A DNA stretch of 60,561 nucleotides from a virus, in IMG/VR virus record IMGVR_UViG_3300034069_000591, positions 1 to 60,561 of that record, one strand, 5' to 3'. The notes under the pieces were generated by a model, which was not told where the DNA came from, searched no databases, and was given only the letters and a program-made list of their open reading frames with translations. Position numbers and translations under genes: made by a program. The first letter of the stretch is position 1. Every line of letters starts with the position of its first letter. Below are positions 8,558-16,874 of the stretch, piece by piece.

Positions 8558-8836
8558 GTGCCCGAGACGCCCCGCGAGCCCCGCCCCGAGCCCGACCTCG
8601 CGTCCCTCCACGAGGCGATCACCGCCCTCGGCCGCGCGCTGTTCGAGGCGATCCGCCCCGTCGCCGAGCAGATCATCCGCGCGCTCGCCGAGCTCGAGCG
8701 CCACATCCGCAAGACCGACGCCGCCCGGCAGGACGCCGACGCCCTCCGCGCCGCCCGGGACTTCACCCGGCTCCCGTCGCTGCCCCCGGCCGACCCCCGC
8801 CTCCGCGGCGCAGCGTTCCGCCACCGCGGACGCTGA
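8558..8836 (+). CDS. hypothetical protein (92 aa)
   Basis: Track ORF. GTG lies 7 nt after TAGACT. Confidence 0.55.
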   Translation: MPETPREPRPEPDLASLHEAITALGRALFEAIRPVAEQIIRALAELERHIRKTDAARQDADALRAARDFTRLPSLPPADPRLRGAAFRHRGR

Positions 8837-8840
8837 CCCC

Positions 8841-9023
8841 GTGACCGTCTACGACATCGCCGCGCTGATCCTCGGCCTCGCGTTCAGCCTCGCCGGCCTC
8901 GTCGTCGTCCTCGCCACCGTGATCCGCCGCCGCGCGACCTGGGAAGGATCCCGAGCCCCGTATTACGTCGCCGCCGCGATCCTCATCCTCGTCGGCGCCT
9001 CGTGGCTCGTCGACCTCCGCTGA
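8841..9023 (+). CDS. membrane protein (60 aa, two TM)
   Basis: Track ORF with two hydrophobic stretches. Confidence 0.55.
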   Translation: MTVYDIAALILGLAFSLAGLVVVLATVIRRRATWEGSRAPYYVAAAILILVGASWLVDLR

Positions 9024-9157
9024 TGCGCCGCGTCCTCATGCGCAACGTCCTCACCGACGAGCGCCGACACCTCGTCATCAGCGACGAGCTCGGCGCCCTG
9101 ATCGACGACGCCCACGAGCCCGTCGCCGTCGGACTGTGGGTCGTCGAGTCCAAGTGA
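9023..9157 (+). CDS. hypothetical protein (44 aa)
   Basis: ATG overlaps the upstream TGA. Open frame checked by hand. Confidence 0.4.
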   Translation: MRRVLMRNVLTDERRHLVISDELGALIDDAHEPVAVGLWVVESK

Positions 9158-9312
9158 GCGACGTCCAGAAGCGTCCCGACGCGTGGCGCTACGTCTGCCC
9201 CCGATGCGGCGAGGTCGGCGAGTACCGCGACCGGAAGTGGTGGGCCGCCGAGGAGCTCGCCGCGCACAACGTCGACCGCCACGGCGGCGCCGCCTACGAT
9301 CCGACCCCATGA
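9154..9312 (+). CDS. hypothetical CxxC protein (52 aa)
   Basis: GTGA overlap. Open frame checked by hand. Contains CPRCG. Confidence 0.4.
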   Translation: MSDVQKRPDAWRYVCPRCGEVGEYRDRKWWAAEELAAHNVDRHGGAAYDPTP

Positions 9313-9935
9313 CCCTCACCCCGACCTCCAACGGCCGGCGCGGCGGACAGACCAAGGTCAGCCTCCCCCGCCTCAAGCGGTTCATCCAGCTCGTCTCCTC
9401 CGGCCTCACCCTCGGCCAATCCGCCAAAGGCATCGGCATCGGCGACCAGACCCGCCGCGACTGGATGCGACGAGGACAACTCGAACTCGTCCGCATCAGC
9501 GACGACGGACACGACCCCTTCGACGACCTCGACACCTCAGAACGAGGCTGGCCCACCGAGCAGACCTGGACCCAGATCCCCCCCGACTTCGACCCCTACG
9601 AGTGGCCGTTCGTCGTGTTCGCCGTCGCCGTCGAAAAAGCGCTCGCCGAGTTCGAGGCCCGCAACGTCGCGATCATCCAGCGCGCGGCGTCCGGGGCGCC
9701 GGCTCAGGACGGGCGGCCGGCGGTCGAGCCGACGTGGACCGCGGCGGCGTGGCTGCTCGAGCGCCGGTTCCCCGAGCTGTACGGCCGCAGCGAGGCGCGG
9801 ATCAAGCAGGCCATGGAGGTCACGCTCCGGCCGGCGGGCACGTCGGGCGATGCGGCGCCGCTGACGGTCGACGACCTCGAGGCGAGCCTCCGCGAGATGG
9901 AAGCGGTCGAGGCGGAGCGGTCGCGGCAGTCGTGA
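9309..9935 (+). CDS. HTH DNA-binding protein, terminase-small-subunit-like
   Basis: The HTH LTLGQSAKGIGIGDQTRRDWMRRG and the C-terminal AAAWLLERRFPELYGR are typical of actinophage TerS proteins. It lies about 12.7 kb from TerL. Confidence 0.5.
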   Translation: MTLTPTSNGRRGGQTKVSLPRLKRFIQLVSSGLTLGQSAKGIGIGDQTRRDWMRRGQLELVRISDDGHDPFDDLDTSERGWPTEQTWTQIPPDFDPYEWPFVVFAVAVEKALAEFEARNVAIIQRAASGAPAQDGRPAVEPTWTAAAWLLERRFPELYGRSEARIKQAMEVTLRPAGTSGDAAPLTVDDLEASLREMEAVEAERSRQS

Positions 9936-10009
9936 CGAGGGCGGAGCGGATCGCGGGCGTCATCGCGGCGGTGCTGGTCGTGGTCGTCTCGATCGTCGTC
10001 GGCCCGTAG
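9932..10009 (+). CDS. tiny membrane peptide (25 aa)
   Basis: GTGA overlap. Translates VTRAERIAGVIAAVLVVVVSIVVGP. Confidence 0.3.
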   Translation: MTRAERIAGVIAAVLVVVVSIVVGP

Positions 10010-10024
10010 CGGACTGGCACTCGC

Positions 10025-10049
10025 GCGTATTACGTAATACGCTCGCGGG
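10025..10049 (+). promoter_or_regulatory. 18-bp perfect palindrome GCGTATTACGTAATACGC overlapping the TACGCT -10 (operator plus promoter)
   Basis: Palindrome at 10025-10042. TACGCT at 10038-10043 lies 7 nt before GTG 10050 of the RHH gene. Confidence 0.6.
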
Positions 10050-10343
10050 GTGGCTGACGACATCGCGAAGGTGCGCTCGATCCGCACCACCGACGCCCTC
10101 TGGGCCGACCTCGGGGAGCGGGCCAAGGTCGCCGGCAAGCCGCGCGGCACGTACGTCGTGGATCAGCTCGAGCGGCCGTCGTTCTCGGCCGCGCTCGAGA
10201 CGGCGGAGACGGTCCTCGACGAGGACGGCCGCGCCGCGGTGCTCGAGCTCGCCGGCGAGGGGCCGCTCGCCGGGTGGACCGCGTCGAGGATGCGGGCGCT
10301 CGCGGCCGGCCTCAACGCCCTCGCGAGCCGGTGGCCCCGCTGA
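10050..10343 (+). CDS. ribbon-helix-helix (Arc/CopG-like) DNA-binding protein
   Basis: VRSIRTTDALWADLGERAKVAGKPRGTYVVDQLE fits a beta-alpha-alpha RHH pattern. The gene sits behind an 18-bp palindrome. Confidence 0.6.
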   Translation: MADDIAKVRSIRTTDALWADLGERAKVAGKPRGTYVVDQLERPSFSAALETAETVLDEDGRAAVLELAGEGPLAGWTASRMRALAAGLNALASRWPR

Positions 10344-10477
10344 TGCAGTGGACCGACGTCTCCGACGACTGCTCGCGGTGCGGGCACGCCCTCGACGCGC
10401 ACGACGCCCCGCCCCTCGGGTGCGGTGTCCACGTCGGCCTCGCCGGCGGCGAGTGCCCGTGCGAGGCGGCCCAGTGA
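10343..10477 (+). CDS. Cys-rich small protein (44 aa)
   Basis: ATG overlaps the upstream TGA. Confidence 0.45.
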   Translation: MQWTDVSDDCSRCGHALDAHDAPPLGCGVHVGLAGGECPCEAAQ

Positions 10478-10845
10478 GCGTCCGCGACGACGAGTTCCGC
10501 GACCCGAACCCTGGCCGCGAGCTCCGCATCGGCGACTCCCTCCGCCGCAACCGCGTGCACCTCGTCACGAGCGCTGACCAGTGCTCGTGCCCGATCGGCG
10601 CCGACCACAGCATCGACGAGCTCCGAGCCGAGTTCCCCGAGCTCGCGGCCGACATGAAGCGCGTCGCCACCGCCGCCGAGGCAGACCGCATCGAGGCGCA
10701 GATCCGCGAGCACGCCCCGCAGTGGGTCGGCGCGACCGTCCTCGGCGACCGCGTCTGGTCCTGCTCGTGCGGGCAGGGCCTCGACCTCAACGCGAAGGAC
10801 TGGCCCGCCCACATGGCCGCGATCCTGACCGGCGGCGCCTCGTGA
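10474..10845 (+). CDS. hypothetical protein (123 aa)
   Basis: GTGA overlap. Confidence 0.6.
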   Translation: MSVRDDEFRDPNPGRELRIGDSLRRNRVHLVTSADQCSCPIGADHSIDELRAEFPELAADMKRVATAAEADRIEAQIREHAPQWVGATVLGDRVWSCSCGQGLDLNAKDWPAHMAAILTGGAS

Positions 10846-11003
10846 GCGACGCCGCCCGGATCGTGCTCGGCGTGCTCATGCTGATCGTCCTCCTCGTCAT
10901 CGTCGGCCTCTCGGTCAAGGGGTGCGCGGACTGCACCGCCCGCGGCGGCGCGTGGGTCGAGCCCAAGGCCGGGTGGCCCGTGTGCGTCGAGCGGCTCCCA
11001 TGA
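10842..11003 (+). CDS. membrane protein (53 aa)
   Basis: GTGA overlap. Hydrophobic N-terminus. Confidence 0.5.
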   Translation: MSDAARIVLGVLMLIVLLVIVGLSVKGCADCTARGGAWVEPKAGWPVCVERLP

Positions 11004-11194
11004 GCCCGATGCAGCGTCAGGCGCGCCTCGTCCGCCGCGCCGCCCGCCTCTCCGCGAAGGCGCGACTCCTCGACCGCGAGGCCGAGCTCCTCCTCGACCT
11101 CGCGAAGCTCGAGGGCAAGATCGCGCGCGCCGAGGCGCAGCACGAGCGCGCCGCCCGCGACGTCGCCGGCCTCCCCGATTGGCTCCGCGGATGA
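11000..11194 (+). CDS. hypothetical coiled-coil protein (64 aa)
   Basis: ATGA overlap. Confidence 0.5.
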   Translation: MSPMQRQARLVRRAARLSAKARLLDREAELLLDLAKLEGKIARAEAQHERAARDVAGLPDWLRG

Positions 11195-11433
11195 TCGCGA
11201 TTCTCGACGAGCTCACGGACCCCCGCCTCGTCGACCTCGACGCGGGCGCCGACGACCTCACGCACACCGTCTGCGACTGCATGCTCCTCACCCCCGGCGT
11301 CCGCCAGATCGCTATGTGCGGCCTCGACGTCACCGAGGACGAGCTCAACCTCGACCCCCCGCCCGAAGAGGAGTGCGTCGTCTGCCGCGAGCTCGACGAG
11401 GCCAACGTCCCGTGCGCGCGGTGCGGCCGATGA
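11191..11433 (+). CDS. Cys-rich protein (80 aa)
   Basis: ATGA overlap. Contains CVVC...CARCG. Confidence 0.55.
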   Translation: MIAILDELTDPRLVDLDAGADDLTHTVCDCMLLTPGVRQIAMCGLDVTEDELNLDPPPEEECVVCRELDEANVPCARCGR

Positions 11434-11906
11434 CCAACGACGACGTCCGCGTCCTGACCGTCCGGCAGCCGTGGGCCTCCGCGATCGCCGACGGCACGAA
11501 GCCCGTCGAGAACCGCACCCGGCCGACGTCGTACCGCGGGCCCGTTCTGATCCACGCCGGCCTCGCCCCGGCGGACGTCACCCGCGAGACGGCGCCCGAG
11601 GTGCTCCTCCGCTGGTCCGCGACCCGCCCCCACCGCAACGCCGAGCTCCCCGTCGGCGTCGTCCTCGCCGTCGCGAACCTCGCCGGCGTCCACGCGGACC
11701 GCGGCTCGTGCTGTGGCCCGTGGGCCGAGCGCGGCGCGTGGCACTGGCGCTTCGACGAGGTCGTCGCGCTCGAGCGCCCCGTCGCGCACCGCGGCGCGCT
11801 CGGCCTCCCCCGCGCCACCCCCGAGCTGCTCGCCGACGTCGCCCGCGCGCTCGGCATCCGATCCCCGTCCGCCACCTTCATCCGAGGAGACACCCCCCAT
11901 GCCTGA
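11430..11906 (+). CDS. ASCH (PUA-like) domain protein
   Basis: LTVRQPWASAIADGTKPVENRTRPTSYRGPVLIHAG is a typical ASCH N-terminal motif. Confidence 0.7.
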   Translation: MTNDDVRVLTVRQPWASAIADGTKPVENRTRPTSYRGPVLIHAGLAPADVTRETAPEVLLRWSATRPHRNAELPVGVVLAVANLAGVHADRGSCCGPWAERGAWHWRFDEVVALERPVAHRGALGLPRATPELLADVARALGIRSPSATFIRGDTPHA

Positions 11907-13083
11907 GGTCGACAGCCCGTACCCGTACCGCGACGACGACGAGGTCCGCCTCCAGGAGACGCTCGAGGCGCGCGGCGGGTTCATCTGCCCGCTGTGCGGC
12001 CGGCCGGACTCCCGCGGCAAGGCGGTCCACGACCGCACCACCCACGCCGGCGTCACGCAGATCAACGACCCCACCGTCGAGCTCGGGCAGGCGATCGCCG
12101 CCGAGCGCGCGTTCGCCGAGCGCTCGATCGAGGCCGAGCGTCGCACCGCCGGCGAGCACGCCCTCGCGCTGCTCGACCTCGACAACCCGGTCCACGCCAA
12201 CGCTGTCGCCGCCGCGATCACCCGCTACAACGGCGGCCGGTACGTCCCGCTCGACGAGCGCTACCCGTGGATCCGCCCCGGCCGCCCCGGGTTCGAGGGC
12301 GTCCGCCCGCTTCAGCCGGACGAGGCCGAGCACGGCCACCGGTTCCGCATCGCGTTCACCTCCGCCATGTCCGCCGGCCGCTGGAACGACGATCGCTCGA
12401 CCGTCGAGGACTGGCGCGACGCGGATTGGTGGGGCGAGGCCCGCGAGATCACGGTCCGCGCGTTCGACCTTCCGACCGCGCTCCGCCTCGCCGCCGCGTA
12501 CCCGCTCACCGCCTGGTACGACGACGAGGAGCTCATCCCCCCGACGCCGGCCGCGGTGCAGTACGGCGAGGGCGAGGCGATCAACCACGTCCGCGCGATC
12601 CTGTCCAGGCTCGTCAACGACGTCGCCACGGGCACGCTGGTCGACCTCGACGTCTACGAGGGCGAGGTCCGCGTGCAGATCGCGCACGAGGCCGACCTCC
12701 GGTTCGACGGCGGCAAGCCCCCGACCGATCCTGACCCGCTCGGCCTCGGGATCCGCCTCGACCAGGAGGAGGCCCGCCTCGCCGCGATCCGCTCCGCCCT
12801 CGCCGAGCTCGACGAGTACGCGCTCCTCGGCGACGGCGCGGCCGAGTTCGTGGACCGGGTCCGTGTGCTCGTCGGCCCGCAGACCGACCTCGCCCCGCTC
12901 GATCCCGCCTCGGCCGCCGATGTGGTCGGCGCGTTCGACGACGACGTCACCGAGGAGCAGCGGGCGGAGTACCGCCGGCTCGTCGAGTCCGGCCTCAGCG
13001 ACTACGAGGCCCGCGCCACTGTGTTCCCCGACGAGCCCCCCGCGGCCGAGGACAACCCGAACGTCACCGAGGAGGACGCATGA
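11899..13083 (+). CDS. hypothetical protein (394 aa)
   Basis: ATG 11899 with GAGGAGA upstream. Longest early ORF. Confidence 0.7.
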   Translation: MPEVDSPYPYRDDDEVRLQETLEARGGFICPLCGRPDSRGKAVHDRTTHAGVTQINDPTVELGQAIAAERAFAERSIEAERRTAGEHALALLDLDNPVHANAVAAAITRYNGGRYVPLDERYPWIRPGRPGFEGVRPLQPDEAEHGHRFRIAFTSAMSAGRWNDDRSTVEDWRDADWWGEAREITVRAFDLPTALRLAAAYPLTAWYDDEELIPPTPAAVQYGEGEAINHVRAILSRLVNDVATGTLVDLDVYEGEVRVQIAHEADLRFDGGKPPTDPDPLGLGIRLDQEEARLAAIRSALAELDEYALLGDGAAEFVDRVRVLVGPQTDLAPLDPASAADVVGAFDDDVTEEQRAEYRRLVESGLSDYEARATVFPDEPPAAEDNPNVTEEDA

Positions 13084-13391
13084 CGCACCAGGCAGTACGA
13101 GAGACGCTCGCGCAGCGGCTCGGTGAGCTCCAGACCGAGGTCGTCGCGGCCGAGGCGACCGCCCGACGATCGCGCGAGCAGGCGCAGAAGGACTACGAGA
13201 CGTGGCAGTCGCTCCGGGACGAGAAGCAGGCGGTCCAGCAGTTCCTCGCCGACGAGGTCGCCACGCCGCCGACGACGCCCCCGCCGGCCTCCGAGCAGCC
13301 GTCGCCGGACGGCTCCACGCCCGCGCCTCGCGCGCAGACGTACCCCGAGGGCGAGACGCCGCCGCCGGCCGAGAGGGCGCCCTCCGCATGA
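13080..13391 (+). CDS. hypothetical protein, coiled-coil plus Pro-rich region (103 aa)
   Basis: Track ORF. ATGA overlap. Confidence 0.6.
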   Translation: MTHQAVRETLAQRLGELQTEVVAAEATARRSREQAQKDYETWQSLRDEKQAVQQFLADEVATPPTTPPPASEQPSPDGSTPAPRAQTYPEGETPPPAERAPSA

Positions 13392-13579
13392 TGCTGGGGG
13401 GCGCGATCACCGGCCTCGTGCTGCACGTCGACCGGCAGTGCCCGTGCGGGGCCCGGCTCGCGGCCGAGCTCCGCCCCGACGGGCGCGCGATCGAGCTCCC
13501 CCGCGAAGAGCTCGACTTCCGGTGCGTGCTCGTCGTGCTCCAGCTCGTCGCCCCGCACACCGTCCAGGGGCACGTGTGA
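13388..13579 (+). CDS. hypothetical protein (63 aa)
   Basis: ATGA overlap. Confidence 0.5.
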   Translation: MMLGGAITGLVLHVDRQCPCGARLAAELRPDGRAIELPREELDFRCVLVVLQLVAPHTVQGHV

Positions 13580-13926
13580 CCGGGCTCGAGGCGGTGCGTA
13601 CGATCCGCGCCGGCCTCGCGGTCGGCGCCTCGGTCGTCACGTCCGTCCACGCGCCCCGCGACCGCGTGATCGTCGCCGACGAGGGCCGCACCCTCGTCCT
13701 CCACCCGATGCTGCTCCGCGAGCTCGACGCCGACAACCTCGACGACTTCATCGGCGCCGCCCTCGCTTACCTGCACCAGCGCATCGGTCAGCGCGTCAAC
13801 CGCCTCATCGCGGCCCTCGACGCGGCGCGCGAGACTGAGGTTGTCGACGTCTCGGTCGACACCATGACCTACGGCGGCGCGGCCGAGCGCCACCACGTCA
13901 CCTACACCGTCCTCAGGAGGCCGTGA
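13576..13926 (+). CDS. hypothetical protein (116 aa)
   Basis: GTGA overlap. Confidence 0.6.
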   Translation: MTGLEAVRTIRAGLAVGASVVTSVHAPRDRVIVADEGRTLVLHPMLLRELDADNLDDFIGAALAYLHQRIGQRVNRLIAALDAARETEVVDVSVDTMTYGGAAERHHVTYTVLRRP

Positions 13927-13928
13927 CC

Positions 13929-14231
13929 ATGCAGTACCGCAAGAAGCCCGTCGTCATCGAGGCCGTGCAGCTCCGCGCCACCGAGCCCGGCGACCCGCTG
14001 TCGTTCGACGCCACCCCTTCGTGGCTCACCGAGGGGTTCGACGCCGGCGTCCTCGAGCGTCGCGACGGCGACTTCATCGACGGCGGCGACTGGGACTACG
14101 TCGCCGTCAAGACCCTCGAAGGCGTCATGCTCGCCGCGCCCGACGACTTCATTATCCGCGGCGTCCAGGGCGAGCTCTACCCCTGCAAGCCCGCGATCTT
14201 CCGCGCCACCTACGACCGAGTCGAGGACTGA
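13929..14231 (+). CDS. hypothetical protein (100 aa)
   Basis: AGGAGG at 13915-13920 is 8 nt upstream of ATG 13929. The track ORF starts at GTG 13923. Confidence 0.65.
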   Translation: MQYRKKPVVIEAVQLRATEPGDPLSFDATPSWLTEGFDAGVLERRDGDFIDGGDWDYVAVKTLEGVMLAAPDDFIIRGVQGELYPCKPAIFRATYDRVED

Positions 14232-14234
14232 CCC

Positions 14235-14465
14235 ATGGCAACCGCCTTCACCCCGCTCGAGCGCCCCGACGCGCGCCGCCTCTACGGGTTCGCGACCCGC
14301 GGCGGGATCGTCTGGCGCCCCCTCGACCCCAACCGGATCCCGTGGGCCGAGCACCGCGGGCAGCGGATCATCGACTCCCTCCGCTCGCGCTACGCCCGCG
14401 AGCTCGCCGAGGAGGCCAAGGTCGCCGACGCGATGCGCAACGCCGCCCCGGAGAAGCTCAAGTGA
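14235..14465 (+). CDS. hypothetical protein (76 aa)
   Basis: Track ORF. Confidence 0.6.
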   Translation: MATAFTPLERPDARRLYGFATRGGIVWRPLDPNRIPWAEHRGQRIIDSLRSRYARELAEEAKVADAMRNAAPEKLK

Positions 14466-14650
14466 GCACCGCCCTCCCGGGGCTCGAGCCGCCCCCGCGC
14501 CGCCGCAAGCGCCCGCCGGCGCCGCGCTGCTACCTCGTCGACGTCGACGGCGAGGTCGCCTCCGCCCGGTTCACGCGCGAGCCGACCGAGGAGGACCTCG
14601 AGGCGTTCCGCGAGGTCGTGCGGGCCCTCCGACGGCGTCTCGTCTCATGA
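14462..14650 (+). CDS. hypothetical protein (62 aa)
   Basis: GTGA overlap. Confidence 0.5.
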   Translation: MSTALPGLEPPPRRRKRPPAPRCYLVDVDGEVASARFTREPTEEDLEAFREVVRALRRRLVS

Positions 14651-14799
14651 TGCGGCTCCTCGCGCTGCTCGCGGAGTGGCTCGACCGCGTCGACGAGGGC
14701 CAGGCCGAGCGCGACCGGCTCCGCGCCGACCCCGTCACGCGCGACGCGTACCGGGCCGGCTACGTCGACGGCCTCGCCGCCGGCCGCTGGCGCCCATGA
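14647..14799 (+). CDS. hypothetical protein (50 aa)
   Basis: ATGA overlaps at both ends. Frame checked by hand. Confidence 0.4.
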   Translation: MMRLLALLAEWLDRVDEGQAERDRLRADPVTRDAYRAGYVDGLAAGRWRP

Positions 14800-15077
14800 C
14801 CACGTGCCACTGCGACGGCCCGCCGCACCCCTACGACCCGTCATGGTGCATCCGCCCCCGGTTCGACGTCGAGCCGTCCCGCCCGCTCCCCGCCGGCGCG
14901 ACGATCGTCGGCCTCGAGGGCGCCTACGCGATCGTCGCTGTCCCGCTCGCGGCGTCGTGCCCCGGATGCGGCCACCTCGCGTCGCAGCACGGCCCCAACG
15001 GGTGCCTCGAGTGGGTCGGGACCGCATGCACCTCGCCGTGCTCCTGCTCGATCCGGACGGTACGCTCCCGGCCGTGA
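14796..15077 (+). CDS. Cys-rich protein (93 aa)
   Basis: ATGA overlap. Confidence 0.55.
   Translation: MTTCHCDGPPHPYDPSWCIRPRFDVEPSRPLPAGATIVGLEGAYAIVAVPLAASCPGCGHLASQHGPNGCLEWVGTACTSPCSCSIRTVRSRP
15061..15073 (+). promoter_or_regulatory. internal leaderless-type promoter (TACGCTCCCG)
   Basis: TACGCT lies 8 nt before GTG 15074. Same 10-mer as at 29861. Confidence 0.35.
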
Positions 15078-15280
15078 CCGTCGCCGAGCTGATCGACCTA
15101 CTCGCGAAGTACGACTCCGAGACGCCCGTCGAGTTCCTCTCGACCGACGGCCCCGACTACGGGTGGCTCGAGGTCGGACCCGGGCTCGGCCCGCACCTCC
15201 CGATGCGCGACGGCACCCTCTCCTCGACAGCCTCGGCGCTCGCGCAGATCGGCAACGACGGCGTCGAGCGGTTCTCGTGA
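15074..15280 (+). CDS. hypothetical protein (68 aa)
   Basis: GTG 15074 in a GTGA overlap, 8 nt after TACGCT. An alternative ATG lies at 15026. Confidence 0.5.
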   Translation: MTVAELIDLLAKYDSETPVEFLSTDGPDYGWLEVGPGLGPHLPMRDGTLSSTASALAQIGNDGVERFS

Positions 15281-15444
15281 CCGACGACCCGTCGTTCGAC
15301 CGCGGACGCGTCGTCTCGTACCTCGAGTCGTCGATCGTGGACGCCGAGAACGACCGGGACATGGGCGCCGCGCTGGTGCGCGACTCCGAGGCCCGCCTCG
15401 TCGACCTCCGCGACCGCCTCGCGAAGATCAAGGCGCTCCCGTGA
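15277..15444 (+). CDS. hypothetical protein (55 aa)
   Basis: GTGA overlap. Confidence 0.45.
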   Translation: MTDDPSFDRGRVVSYLESSIVDAENDRDMGAALVRDSEARLVDLRDRLAKIKALP

Positions 15445-15830
15445 CCGCCGGCCTCGTCTGGTCCGTCGTGCTCGCCGCGCTCGGCGTCGTCGGGCTCTGG
15501 CGCGCTGGGAGCGGCAAGCGCAGCGGGTGGGTCATCGGCCTCGCCGCGCAGCTCCTCTGGCTCACCTACGCACTCGTGAGCGCCCAGTACGGGTTCATCC
15601 TCTCCGCCGTCGCGTACGGCGTCGTCTACGGCCGCAACCTCCTCCGCGCCCGCCGGCCCGCCGCCCCTCGAGGCGCGACGTCCGCGCACTTCGGGCTCGA
15701 CGCCCGCCGCGCGCACGCCCGCGGGTTCGGCGAGGGCTACGACGCCGGGATCGCGGCCGAGCGCGAGGTCCGCCGCCGGCAGTCGCTCATGGGCCCGGCG
15801 TGGCCCCGCGACGTCGAGCGCGAGGACTAG
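15441..15830 (+). CDS. membrane protein (129 aa, about 3 TM)
   Basis: Track ORF with hydrophobic helices and a Trp-rich motif. Confidence 0.65.
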   Translation: MTAGLVWSVVLAALGVVGLWRAGSGKRSGWVIGLAAQLLWLTYALVSAQYGFILSAVAYGVVYGRNLLRARRPAAPRGATSAHFGLDARRAHARGFGEGYDAGIAAEREVRRRQSLMGPAWPRDVERED

Positions 15831-15831
15831 C

Positions 15832-15843
15832 CACACTGCTCGG
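15832..15843 (+). promoter_or_regulatory. leaderless-type promoter (CACACT)
   Basis: Ends 7 nt before GTG 15844. Confidence 0.4.
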
Positions 15844-16086
15844 GTGGACTGGACCAGCCTCCCCGTGACCGTCGAGCGCCTCGACACGTTCACGTGGCCG
15901 GACCACGACCTCCAGGCCGAGCACCTCGAGCGGCCGCACGAGGCCCGCCCCGCCGACGCGCTTCCCGTCCACGCCGAGCAGCTCGTCGACGGATCGCTCT
16001 ACGTCCACGACGGCCGCCACCGGATCCTCCGCGCCCTCGCCCGCGGCGACGAGACGATCGAGGCACGAGTCCTCGAGCACCCGTGA
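15844..16086 (+). CDS. small ParB/Srx-like domain protein
   Basis: LVDGSLYVHDGRHRILRALARGDETIEARVL resembles the DGxHR core of ParB N-terminal domains. GTG lies 7 nt after CACACT. Confidence 0.5.
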   Translation: MDWTSLPVTVERLDTFTWPDHDLQAEHLERPHEARPADALPVHAEQLVDGSLYVHDGRHRILRALARGDETIEARVLEHP

Positions 16087-16256
16087 CCGACGCCGAGCCG
16101 TTCACCTGGTCGGACCTCACCGAGGAGGCCGCCGTCGGGCTCCCGTATTACGCGCAGCACGGGTCCCCGTCGGGTCCGCACCTCTGCATCGTCGCCGAGC
16201 CGCACCTCGAGGCGCACCGCTGCCGGTGCGGTCGCCGTGTCAGGGTGCAGGCATGA
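16083..16256 (+). CDS. hypothetical protein (57 aa)
   Basis: GTGA overlap. Confidence 0.45.
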   Translation: MTDAEPFTWSDLTEEAAVGLPYYAQHGSPSGPHLCIVAEPHLEAHRCRCGRRVRVQA

Positions 16257-16492
16257 AGGCGTCCGAGATTGCACGCAGCCACGGCCGAGCGCACCGCCGC
16301 GTCTACGTCGACGTCCCCGAGCCGCGCTCCGCGGTCGGCCTCGCCGTCGGCATGCTGCCCCTCGGTGTCGACGTCGAGGTCCGCGGCCGACGCCTCGAGC
16401 TCGAGGTCGGCCCCGTGTTCGCCGGCGCCGCCGCGATGTTCCTCGAGCGCTTCACCGGCATCCGCGCCGTGAACGAGTGGGAGACGCCGTGA
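16253..16492 (+). CDS. hypothetical protein (79 aa)
   Basis: ATGA overlap. Confidence 0.55.
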   Translation: MKASEIARSHGRAHRRVYVDVPEPRSAVGLAVGMLPLGVDVEVRGRRLELEVGPVFAGAAAMFLERFTGIRAVNEWETP

Positions 16493-16707
16493 TCGACGAG
16501 GACGGCGACGGGCTCGACGACCTCGACGTCGCGTGCGTCGTGTTCCCCTCTCGGTGGCTCGGGTGGCGCTGCACCGTCCACACCCGCCACGTCCGCGACC
16601 GGCCCCCGTGGACTCTGACCGTCTCGACGTGGCACCTCACCAAGCGGCTCGCGCTGACCTACGCGCAGTCCTGGCGACCGATCCGCGTCGACACGATGGA
16701 CCGGTGA
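16489..16707 (+). CDS. hypothetical protein (72 aa)
   Basis: GTGA overlap. Confidence 0.5.
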   Translation: MIDEDGDGLDDLDVACVVFPSRWLGWRCTVHTRHVRDRPPWTLTVSTWHLTKRLALTYAQSWRPIRVDTMDR

Positions 16708-16874
16708 CGACCCGCACCCCGTGCCCCGGCCGCTGGCGCCTCGACCGCGTCGAGGTCGTGCAGTGCATCCTCGCCGCCGGTCACGAGCACGCCCTCGACG
16801 CGCACGACAAGGCCGAGACGTGCCACCACGGCCTCACCCGCGCCGGCGGCAAGATCACCTGGTACGACTCGTGA
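16704..16874 (+). CDS. hypothetical Cys/His-rich protein (56 aa)
   Basis: GTGA overlap. Confidence 0.45.
   Translation: MTTRTPCPGRWRLDRVEVVQCILAAGHEHALDAHDKAETCHHGLTRAGGKITWYDS

Noticed and set aside
9960-12221. Very long minus-strand ORFs: 9960-12221 (753 aa), 11878-13896 (672 aa), 38691-41762 (1023 aa), 41618-44926 (1102 aa), 24998-26983 (661 aa), 31979-34141 (720 aa)
   Set aside because: They lie antisense to well-supported + strand genes (TMP, portal, MCP and others). Their translations are Arg/Gly/Asp/Pro-rich low-complexity sequence typical of GC-rich shadow frames, and no starts, SD sequences or promoters support them.
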